Notes under the pieces: generated by a model
Seen by the model: the letters and a program-made list of their open reading frames with translations, nothing else
Told to the model about the DNA's origin: nothing
Database searches by the model: none
In this document: positions 7,580-14,894 of the stretch, piece by piece
Numbering within the stretch: the stretch's first letter is position 1
Layout: every line of letters begins with the position of its first letter
Made by a program: the position numbers and the translations under genes
DNA from: a bacterium
GTDB taxonomy: Bacteria; Patescibacteriota; Minisyncoccia; Phycocordibacterales; GWA1-40-21
Length of the DNA: 27,443 nt
Assembly (NCBI GenBank): GCA_043818495.1
Contig: JBDRFT010000056.1
Span: 1-27,443 of the forward strand
Reading direction: 5' to 3'

Positions 7580-9472
7580 TTAAGAAAAAATTACTTTTTT
7601 AATAAAAGGAACAATGCCTTTATTATTTTCTAAATTTTCTAAAAATTCTTTTAAAGGAGTTGTTGCTATACAAATATATTTATCTCCTCCACCATAATAA
7701 ATAAAAATTTTTTCATCTTTAATTATTGCTCCGCAAGTAAAAATAATTCCAGGCTTCCAATCATTTTCATACCACATATCAGGTTCAAGTATTGGTATAA
7801 TAGAACGAGCAATTATTTTTGTAGGTTCTTTTAAATCTAAAAGCATTGCACCCATTTTATATTTTTCTGGTTCAGCTAAATCTGTCGCATGATAAAAAAC
7901 TAACCAGCCTTTTTCTGTTTTAACAGGCGGAGGACCAACACTTCTCATTCTATGATGCCATGTAATTTTTTTATTTGGCATTTTTTGAGGATCTGAACTT
8001 ACAAAATTGAGACCTTCTGGTCCAATAGAATCTAAATTATCAATATAATCAATTACAACTTTATTTGAATCAATGGCAAAAAGATTGTGTAAAATAGCAA
8101 ATTTACCATTTATTTTTTCTGGAAATAATACCCAACTTTTATGTCTTTGACCTTGTGGAGAAATGAGTTTTGGTTCACTCCAATTCCATATATTATTTAC
8201 AAAATCACTTTCTTTAATTGAAGATAAACCAACACGAATATTGCTCCAATTATCAAAAGCATTAAAAGTTATATAGATAGTATCATCAATTTTTACAATT
8301 CTTGAATCTTCACATCCACCCCAACTTCCTCCCGAGGGATACATAACTCTATCATATTTATGTTCACCAAGTTTAAATCCAAAATGAGAATATCTTAATG
8401 AAAATGCTGGTTCTGGATAAATAAAATCAACATTAAAACCATCTTTTAATAAAGCATAACCAACTTTTGAAATGCCATCTATTCCCATAGCTCTGAATAA
8501 AATATGAATATTCCCATCTATATTTACAGCAGTTGGATTAAAAGCACATTCAGACATCCATCCTTTTCCATCAATTATTTTTGGGGAAATTATAGGATTT
8601 TTATGATGTCTGCTTAATATTTTAATTTTTTCTTTTGTAAGATTTGAAGAAAAAGGAATATTTAAAGAAGTTGTAAATATTCCAGTATTTTTTGAATACC
8701 AATAAATAGTCATTTCATTTTTCATAAAAAATATACCCTTGCAAATAAAATCTTTTTGATATGGGACTTGCTCCTCAAAAATAGGTTCATCTGCGCGCCA
8801 AATAATATTATGCGGATTTGACAAAGAAAACATCGCTACTCCTATTTGTATTTTTAATTTATCACCATCTTTAATTGAAGAATCATAAAAAACCAAAATA
8901 CCTTTTTCGGTTATTTTTGAAGCAATAAATTTTAATTTTTCTTTATCAAAAAAAGCTGGTCTCGGTTTTAATAATGGTTCTTTATTCTTTTTTGTTTTAA
9001 GAAAATCTGGAGAAGAAATATTATAAATAGAAGATTCTCCATAATAAATAAAATAATTTTTTTCTTGTTTATAATCAGAAATCACACCACCAATTTCTTT
9101 TATTTTTGAAATTGAATTTTGAATTACCCAAATATTTTCTTTTTTAGAAATCGCCCAATAAAGATGTTTATTCTCGCCTTTTTTATAAATAAAAGTAATT
9201 ATTTTTTTATTATCAATTTTGGAAGAAATTATATTATCAATATTTTCTAGTTTTAATTTTTTTCCTAAAAATTTATTTTTAAAAATAATAATCTCTTTCT
9301 TTTCAGAAAAATGGCTTGGGTCATTTTTTTTACTTGAAACAATATAAATATTATCAGGATTTTCTTTTACTCTGCAAAAAATATAATGATTATTATTATT
9401 TTCGTAAAGACCAAGAAGAATAATATTTTCATTATTTATATTTTCTAATTCTTTTTTATTTTTTGAAATCAT
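7580..9472 (-). CDS. GH130-like protein: divergent N-terminal propeller plus C-terminal GH130-like domain (track ORF starts 9517; ATG 9472 preferred)
   Basis: C-half KNPIISP, AFNPTAV, FRAMG, GCEDSR, HKSWVLFPEKINGK, YYGGGD; N-half keeps YYGES, EPLLKPRPAFFD, IGVAMFSLSNP but no EDPR. Confidence 0.8.
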   Translation of the reverse strand: MISKNKKELENINNENIILLGLYENNNNHYIFCRVKENPDNIYIVSSKKNDPSHFSEKKEIIIFKNKFLGKKLKLENIDNIISSKIDNKKIITFIYKKGENKHLYWAISKKENIWVIQNSISKIKEIGGVISDYKQEKNYFIYYGESSIYNISSPDFLKTKKNKEPLLKPRPAFFDKEKLKFIASKITEKGILVFYDSSIKDGDKLKIQIGVAMFSLSNPHNIIWRADEPIFEEQVPYQKDFICKGIFFMKNEMTIYWYSKNTGIFTTSLNIPFSSNLTKEKIKILSRHHKNPIISPKIIDGKGWMSECAFNPTAVNIDGNIHILFRAMGIDGISKVGYALLKDGFNVDFIYPEPAFSLRYSHFGFKLGEHKYDRVMYPSGGSWGGCEDSRIVKIDDTIYITFNAFDNWSNIRVGLSSIKESDFVNNIWNWSEPKLISPQGQRHKSWVLFPEKINGKFAILHNLFAIDSNKVVIDYIDNLDSIGPEGLNFVSSDPQKMPNKKITWHHRMRSVGPPPVKTEKGWLVFYHATDLAEPEKYKMGAMLLDLKEPTKIIARSIIPILEPDMWYENDWKPGIIFTCGAIIKDEKIFIYYGGGDKYICIATTPLKEFLENLENNKGIVPFIKKVIFS

Positions 9473-9587
9473 ATAATTAAAAAAACTAATACAAAATTTA
9501 TTAACACAAAAAAACAACTTTTATTTTAAAGGTTGTTTATATTATATTATTTTTAAATATTTTATGCAAATATTTTATGCAAATTAA

Positions 9588-9755
9588 TGAATAACCCCAC
9601 CCTCTTTTGCACTCTGCTGATAATTTACTCACATAATACCCTGAACTATTTAAAACAGCAAACAACAACGGTGTTAATTTATTCTTGAAAGCACAATGAA
9701 CTCTTTTGGTATTGTAGAAGATTAAATAATCTTTTAGTTTTTCATTACAAAAAAA
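9588..9755 (-). mobile_element. Remnant of IS481/IS3-type (integrase-core) transposase C-terminus with probable right terminal repeat
   Basis: Minus frame reads FFCNEKLKDYLIFYNTKRVHCAFKNKLTPLLF...SAECKRGWGYS, matching the rve-transposase tail pattern (Y..FYN.KR.H); end reads TGAATAACCCCACCC on +, close to a TGT-type IR. Confidence 0.6.
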
Positions 9756-9759
9756 TCAT

Positions 9760-9788
9760 TTGACATTAAAAGTCAAGTAGTGTATAAT
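9760..9788 (+). promoter_or_regulatory. Consensus sigma70 promoter for the 348-aa gene
   Basis: TTGACA (9760-9765), 17-bp spacer, TATAAT (9783-9788); overlaps inverted repeat TTGAC-N7-GTCAA. Confidence 0.85.
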
Positions 9789-9826
9789 AGCATCTAGTTA
9801 ATTTATTAAAAAATTTAAAAAATAAA

Positions 9827-10873
9827 ATGAAAGAAACAATAAATAAAAAAACAGTTTGGGAAAAAATTAAGGAATCTTTTACTTCGGCTTTAATATCAGC
9901 TGGGATTGTCCTTATTGTATTATTATTAATTTATATTCCTTTTAAAATTATACCTGCTATATATGGAAATGGTTCACGTTTTGTTGCCACTACCCTTTAT
10001 TCTTTACTTATTCCGGGAGATGTAAGTTCAACTTCAACTTCAATTTCAGAAAATATAAATTCAAATGCAAGTTCAACTTTAAAACAAAATAAAAATGATA
10101 TTATAAATAATAATGACAAATTGACAGAAAAATCAAAAGTTAATTATAAATCGGTGCCTAATTATTATGGCAAATCAGATTTACAAATTACTCTTATCGG
10201 AACTGGTATTATTGATTCTGCATCTAAACAATTTATGTTAACAAATTATGCGGGCTATAATGATGAAATTGCTATAAAATTTGAAGTAAAAAATATTGGA
10301 ACAAATATTTCTGGTGAATGGAAATTGAGAATTAATACTCCTTCAAAAACAACTCCTTATTATGATTCTCCTTATCAAGTTTCTATAAGACCCGGAGACA
10401 AAATTATTTTTACAACAAGTTTTAATAGTCCAATAAATACAGGAATTAATACTGCATATATAACAGCTGACCCATTAAATATGATTAATGAATATTTGGA
10501 AAATAATAATTTACTTATAGTTCCAATTAAAATAGAAGGGACTTTTTATAGTTATAATAATAATTACAATTATGGAAATAAAGCGGTAATATCAAATCTT
10601 CCATATGGTTCTTTATATACTTGGACAAATTTAAATGTAAATTGTTATGCTAATCCGCAAACATCATATATAGGCAGTCCGATTACTTGGTATGCTACGG
10701 TTTCAGGAGGAAATGGATATTATTCATATTCATGGGCTGGCTCAGATTTATTAAATTCAAATGAAAGTGCTATTACAAAAACATATTATTCTTCAGGAAA
10801 TAAAACAGCTTCTATTACAGTAATTTCAAATGGCGTATCAGTGACAAAACAATGTAATGCGTATGTAAATTAA
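9827..10873 (+). CDS. Membrane-anchored surface protein with CARDB-like Ig domain and C-terminal PKD-like domain
   Basis: N-terminal TM; Ser/Asn linker; SDLQITL...FEVKNIG...ITADPLNMINEYLENNN; C-terminal ITWYATVSGGNGYYSYSW...KTYYSSGNKTASITV. Confidence 0.7.
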   Translation: MKETINKKTVWEKIKESFTSALISAGIVLIVLLLIYIPFKIIPAIYGNGSRFVATTLYSLLIPGDVSSTSTSISENINSNASSTLKQNKNDIINNNDKLTEKSKVNYKSVPNYYGKSDLQITLIGTGIIDSASKQFMLTNYAGYNDEIAIKFEVKNIGTNISGEWKLRINTPSKTTPYYDSPYQVSIRPGDKIIFTTSFNSPINTGINTAYITADPLNMINEYLENNNLLIVPIKIEGTFYSYNNNYNYGNKAVISNLPYGSLYTWTNLNVNCYANPQTSYIGSPITWYATVSGGNGYYSYSWAGSDLLNSNESAITKTYYSSGNKTASITVISNGVSVTKQCNAYVN

Positions 10874-10877
10874 AATA

Positions 10878-10920
10878 GAATATGGAATGTGGAATAAAGA
10901 ATATTGAATATGGAATATGG
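10878..10920 (+). repeat. Heptamer tandem array (GAATATG)n
   Basis: gaatatg gaatgtg gaataaa gaatatt gaatatg gaatatg starting 5 nt after the stop. Confidence 0.8.
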
Positions 10921-10970
10921 AAAAAAAATTTAGTAATTAAAAAAATTTAAAAAATAAAAAATTAGCAACT

Positions 10971-11012
10971 AAGCAAAATGGGTTTTCGGCTCCGCCGAAA
11001 ACCCTTTTGCTT
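10971..11012. repeat. REP-like hairpin family A
   Basis: aagcaaaatgggttttcggc-tcc-gccgaaaacccttttgctt. Confidence 0.9.
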
Positions 11013-11030
11013 TTTTATTTTTTATTTCTA

Positions 11031-11039
11031 TGTTAATAT
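11031..11039 (+). promoter_or_regulatory. Extended -10 element, probable leaderless start of the DoxX gene
   Basis: TG-t-TAATAT followed by 6 nt and ATG (11046); no SD. Confidence 0.5.
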
Positions 11040-11045
11040 AATATT

Positions 11046-11450
11046 ATGTTAAATATATTTCCACATTTATTAACATTTAGTGTTCTCTCACCTTTTATAT
11101 TGAGAGTTGTTTTGGGTTTTATTATTATAAATCTTGGATATTTAAAATTAAAAAAAGAAAAAGAACTTTGGCAAAAACTTTTTGAAATAATAAAAATAGA
11201 ACCAGCTAAAATTTTTGTAAAAGTTTTAGCTTTTGTAGAAATTATTGGAGGACTTATATTAATAATGGGAGCTTATACTCAATTAATTGCAATAATATTT
11301 ACCATATTATTTTTTTGTGAAATGGTATTAGAATATAAGGAATCAAATTTAGAAAAAAGAAATCTTACTTTTTATATTTTAATGTTCACAATTTCTTTTT
11401 CCTTAATTTTTTTAGGTGCAGGAATTTTTGCTTTTGATTTGCCTCTTTAA
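11046..11450 (+). CDS. DoxX/MauE-family membrane protein
   Basis: FILRVVLG, FVEIIGGLILIMGAYTQLIA, FLGAGIFAFDLPL C-terminus; 4 hydrophobic segments. Confidence 0.85.
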   Translation: MLNIFPHLLTFSVLSPFILRVVLGFIIINLGYLKLKKEKELWQKLFEIIKIEPAKIFVKVLAFVEIIGGLILIMGAYTQLIAIIFTILFFCEMVLEYKESNLEKRNLTFYILMFTISFSLIFLGAGIFAFDLPL

Positions 11451-11452
11451 TT

Positions 11453-11732
11453 TCAAATTTTTTGTTTGTTTTTATAGGCTTCGTATCTTTTGATAAATTC
11501 ATCAATATCATCTTTGTGAATTTTAACATCACAATAATTACCTGGATCTCCCGTAATGCGAAGATTTTTCCCTAAATTTGGGCAGTCGCAACTTTTATCT
11601 CCAAAAGCGTAATCAACACCAGTGACATTGTTTATTAAGAAGTTTCCTTGATACATCACCAAAATTAACGAAGCCGTCCTTGTCTACTTTAAAAGTTGTT
11701 TTTTGTTCAAACGATTTTTCTCTAGATTCCAT
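11453..11732 (-). pseudogene. Probably frameshifted hypothetical gene (about 93 aa if joined)
   Basis: ATG 11732 ORF MESREKSFEQKTTFKVDKDGFVNFGDVSRKLL... (stop 11613) overlaps track ORF 11453-11662 in another frame; the latter has only a TTG/GTG start. Confidence 0.45.
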
Positions 11733-12048
11733 ATGATTATAGTTAAAAAAATTTTAAAATTATTTTTTATTTCCGATAACGTATTAGAATAAGCAGAGAA
11801 GCAAAACCCTGGCCAGTTTACTTAAAGAAATGGGGTTATGTTAAAATTAAAAAATTATAGTTACAAAACTATAAAAAGTTATTTATTTTATGTCCGTGAT
11901 TTTTTGTTTGCATACAGATATATTATACTTATTATCTGTTGCGTTAAATTATTGACTATAATATAAATAACATTACTAATAATTATAACATAAATAAAAT
12001 TATAAAGTTTATTAAATTGCTAATTAAAAAAATAAAAATATTTAAAAT

Positions 12049-12080
12049 TTTGGTCACTCTCTTTAATGAGAGTGACCAAA
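12049..12080. repeat. REP-like hairpin family C (GTCACTCTC-N6-GAGAGTGAC)
   Basis: tttggtcactctc-tttaat-gagagtgaccaaa; copies at 18382-18405 and 18507-18530; downstream flank shared with the 18507 copy. Confidence 0.85.
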
Positions 12081-12216
12081 CTTTTTACCAAATTTTTTAT
12101 CTCACTATTATTTTTTTTAGTTAGCCACTCTCTCTAAGGAAAGCAACTAAAAATTTTTGTTTTTTTATTTTATTGCTCTCCCTAAAAAATAACTAAACTT
12201 TTTTTATTCTTATCAA

Positions 12217-12281
12217 AGTTGGATGTCGGATATCCAACTCTGAGTTTTCTTTTTTTAATTTTGTCCAAGGCCGGACCTTGG
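12217..12281. repeat. REP-like hairpins: family E and ccaagg-ccgga-ccttgg
   Basis: agttggat-gtcggat-atccaact 12217-12239; second hairpin 12265-12281. Confidence 0.7.
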
Positions 12282-12288
12282 TAAACAT

Positions 12289-12570
12289 TTAATTTAATCT
12301 CAAAATAGTTTTTAATTTGAAAGAAATTAAATAAAAAATAAATATTATTAAAATAAAAAAATAAGCAAAATTTAAACCAAAAATATTTCCACCACCATAT
12401 AATAAATTTATAAGAAAAATCCAAATAATAGCTTCTATAAAATTATTGAAAAGAAAAATTGCCAAAAATATTAAAAAAACTGATATATAAATAGGCAAAA
12501 TAAACACAGACAAAACAATCAGTAAATCTGAAAAAAATCTAAATGTTTTTATATGAGAATTTGATATCAT
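12289..12570 (-). CDS. Small multi-pass membrane protein, hypothetical
   Basis: 93 aa, three hydrophobic segments, TAAAAT-N7-ATG upstream. Confidence 0.7.
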   Translation of the reverse strand: MISNSHIKTFRFFSDLLIVLSVFILPIYISVFLIFLAIFLFNNFIEAIIWIFLINLLYGGGNIFGLNFAYFFILIIFIFYLISFKLKTILRLN

Positions 12571-12752
12571 TTTTATAATTTTAAAAAGTAATTAATTTTT
12601 TTAATAAAAGCAATAAACAAATTAAAACTAACTATCATTTTATACATATTATCATATCAAAATGATAGTTAAAAACAATATTTTTTTTAGTTTGTAATTT
12701 GTAGAAATAAATTGATATAAGATTTCTCAGTTGGAAAAAAAAATAAAAAAAC

Positions 12753-12781
12753 TTGACAAAAAAATTAAGATATGCTTTACT
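12753..12781 (+). promoter_or_regulatory. Putative sigma70 promoter for the 51-aa ORF
   Basis: TTGACA 12753-12758, 17-bp spacer, TGc-TTTACT extended -10. Confidence 0.45.
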
Positions 12782-12826
12782 TGCTTTGAATTCATGACAT
12801 AAGTTCTTTAAAAATTAAAAAGAAAA

Positions 12827-12886
12827 TGTTGAATTTTAGCATCAAGTTTTAAAAATAATTTTAAAACTTGATGCTGAAATTCAGCA
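12827..12886 (+). other. 28-bp stem hairpin in putative 5' leader
   Basis: tgttgaattttagcatcaagttttaaaa-ataa-ttttaaaacttgatgctgaaattcagca; both mismatches are G.U on the + strand. Confidence 0.8.
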
Positions 12887-12913
12887 AATTTAAAATAAAA
12901 GAGGTGAAAAAAA

Positions 12914-13069
12914 ATGGAAATAGAAAAAAAGGATATTATAGAGACAAAAGAAACCTTAACAAGGATCGCGGACGCGCTGGAGGGGATTGAGAGGTTAGTG
13001 CGTGAAGTAAAGGAATATTATATGAGAAAAAAACCTTTCCTTATGCCTTGCTCTTACTCTACAAAATAA
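12914..13069 (+). CDS. Small hypothetical protein (51 aa), not in ORF track
   Basis: MEIEKKDIIETKETLTRIADALEGIERLVREVKEYYMRKKPFLMPCSYSTK; strong SD AAGAGGTG 7 nt before ATG; higher GC than flanks; hairpins downstream. Confidence 0.65.
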   Translation: MEIEKKDIIETKETLTRIADALEGIERLVREVKEYYMRKKPFLMPCSYSTK

Positions 13070-13108
13070 GAATCGCGTACTCACCAAAAATCTGCTAGTT
13101 AAATTAAA

Positions 13109-13173
13109 TGGGAGAAAAATGCCCCCTCATTTTTCTCCCACCTTCTAAAATGAGAGGCAAGACCTCTCATTTT
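13109..13173 (+). terminator. Two consecutive hairpins, second followed by a T-tract (family F)
   Basis: tgggagaaaaatg-ccccct-catttttctccca 13109-13140; aaaatgagagg-caaga-cctctcatttt 13147-13173. Confidence 0.6.
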
Positions 13174-13256
13174 TTATATATTTATCAAATATCAAATATT
13201 AAATATTTTTTACATAGTTCTATTTTTTTTATAAAGGTCAAACAAATAGCAAAATA

Positions 13257-13430
13257 AAAAAATTCATTATTTCAAAGTTCAGTTGGTGAACTTTAAAATA
13301 AATAAAAAATAAAAAAAATAAAAATAAAAATGTCTACGGAAAACACTACCTAGTGTTTTCTGTAGACATTTTTGTTTTAGAAAAAATTGAGAAAAATTAG
13401 TTTAAAAAAAATTTAAAAAATAAAAAAAAT
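13257..13430. repeat. D-B hairpin mosaic; inverted near-copy of 18203-18320 and of 5300-5399
   Basis: D atttcaaagttca-gttgg-tgaactttaaaat; B tgtctacggaaaacactacctagtgttttctgtagaca 13331-13368; A-rich spacers also conserved. Confidence 0.88.
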
Positions 13431-13568
13431 AATTGTTGTGGGGGTTTATAATTTTTTAACTTTATAACTTTACAAATTTTATAACTTTTTACTATTATTC
13501 AACTTTTCAAATTAATAAAAATATGATTAAATTAAATTCTGATAAAAAAAGTGTTTAATAATTTTTAA

Positions 13569-13657
13569 GGAGAGGTGTCAGAGTGGTCTAATGTACTTCT
13601 TTGCTAAAGAAGTGGACTCTTTAAACGGTCCCGCGAGTTCGAATCTCGCCCTCTCCG
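13569..13657 (+). tRNA. tRNA-Ser(GCT), long variable arm, no CCA in this copy
   Basis: ggagagg/cctctcc acceptor, cttct-ttGCTaa-agaag, ggac/gtcc variable arm, gcgag-ttcgaat-ctcgc. Confidence 0.97.
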
Positions 13658-13842
13658 CAGTTTTGAACGCAGTGAAAAACTGCGGAGAGGAGCAAGCAAA
13701 CTGCTTTGCTTGCGTGCGAGATTCGAAAGATTTTTCTTTATAAATTTTTATGAACAATAAAAATTTATGGAAAAATACCTGGCTATGTAATAGCCGAAAC
13801 CGCCCTCTCCGCCAGTTTTGAACGCAGTGAAAAACTGCGGAG
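13647..13842. mobile_element. Putative 154-bp tRNA-targeted non-coding element flanked by 41/42-bp direct repeats of the tRNA 3' end plus hairpin
   Basis: cgccctctccgc(c)agttttgaacgcagtgaaaaactgcggag at 13647-13687 and 13801-13842; internal antisense to tRNA at 13680-13690 and 13716-13727; three internal hairpins. Confidence 0.6.
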
Positions 13843-13855
13843 TATATTAAAAATA

Positions 13856-13933
13856 GCTCGAACGGAATTCTTCCCTCGCCCGCCTGTGGCGGGCTCGGGT
13901 CGGGAGGGCAAAAAATCCGTGCGGCTTTGCCAC
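13856..13933. other. GC-rich structured non-coding segment
   Basis: acggaatt-cttccctc-gcccgcc-tgt-ggcgggc-tcgggtcg-ggaggg-caaaaaa-tccgt nested stems in very AT-rich context. Confidence 0.55.
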
Positions 13934-13969
13934 AAAAATTAACAATTTCAAGTTTTTTTTAGAGGTGCA

Positions 13970-14117
13970 TTATTTCGTAAATTTGAAGGTAGAAAGCATT
14001 TGGTTAAAAGTGGCTAAATCTTTACTGAATTGTCCCAAATACAAAATACCCGACGACACCTATGAGTACGACAATTACTATAACCCAAACTATGTTCATA
14101 AAACTTTTTTGATTCAT
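13970..14117 (-). pseudogene. Internally deleted pilin-like-anchored protein gene
   Basis: ATG 14117: MNQKSFMNIVWVIVIVVLIGVVGYFVFGTIQ* (stop 14022); shifted frame continues GQFSKDLATFNQMLSTFKFTK* (stop 13970). Confidence 0.6.
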
Positions 14118-14507
14118 ATTTATAAATTTATTAGTTAATAATTTTTATGACTTTATGAAAAAATTTCTTTTTTATAATTAATAAATAAAAATAAATTAAA
14201 CTAAATTTAAATTAATTATCGACCTTTTTTTTAATAATTTTGATAATTTCTTTTTATAAATTTTTAAAAATAAATTCACAAAACTTTACTATATTATGTC
14301 AATACTTAATATTTTAATGCAAATTAAAAAGTTTATAACTTGTAAGAACAACATTTTTGTAAGCGAAAGCGAAGCAAACCAGATTAAATTATAAATTATT
14401 AAGAAAGTAATAATTAGACCTGTTGCTTAATAGAAATAAATGTTAAAATATTTCTATGTGTAATTTTAATAAAAATTTTTAAAAAAGTAAATACTATAGC
14501 ATGATAA

Positions 14508-14603
14508 ATAATAGGAGTCTTGAGTATTCAAGACGGAGATAATCCCAGAATTATTGAGGAGAAGTTATCAGCTATCACTGGGATTAGAATAGAAGAAGAG
14601 TAA
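14508..14603 (+). pseudogene. C-terminal fragment of a MotA/TolQ/ExbB-family (MotA-like) protein
   Basis: IIGVLSIQDGDNPRIIEEKLSAITGIRIEEE*, resembling MotA EG(V/I)LSIQ.G.NPR.IEEKL; in-frame stop directly upstream, no start. Confidence 0.55.
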
Positions 14604-14608
14604 GATAA

Positions 14609-14655
14609 AAAGAGCATTTTTGTTTTCTTATTTTAGGAAAACAGAAATGCTCTTT
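14609..14655 (+). terminator. Rho-independent terminator after MotA-like fragment
   Basis: aaagagcatttttgttttct...aggaaaacagaaatgctcttt followed by gtttttt. Confidence 0.7.
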
Positions 14656-14879
14656 GTTTTTTAAAAATTAAAATTAATTGTTTATAACTTTGTTTACGAA
14701 ACTTAGTGTAGTAATTATATTTTATAATTTATATTTAACTTTTTGATAAAATTTAAATATTTAAACAAAGTACGGTTGGCGTACTTCGCAAATAGATGAC
14801 ATTACTTAAATATTTTTTAAAATTTATAAAATGTCGCATTATTAACTTTTTTTGTCAAGTTATTTTATTTTTAAAAAAA

Positions 14880-14888
14880 TGATATATT
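14880..14888 (+). promoter_or_regulatory. Extended -10 element, probable leaderless start of proS
   Basis: TG-a-TATATT, 6 nt, ATG (14895). Confidence 0.5.
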
Positions 14889-14894
14889 TAAATT

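Noticed and set aside
11773-11860. GC-richer patch reading RIRISREAKPWPVYLKKWGYVKIKKL* or QRSKTLASLLKEMGLC*
   Set aside because: May be another gene relic, but no start and no family recognised; needs tblastn
13647-13800. Group I intron or bulge-helix-bulge intron in tRNA-Ser
   Set aside because: Too short and no P/Q/R/S core; the first copy is already a complete tRNA, so splicing is not required
13857-14138. Stop-to-stop open frame of about 94 codons on + strand
   Set aside because: No good start or motif; better explained as the antisense of the 13970-14117 relic plus a structured segment
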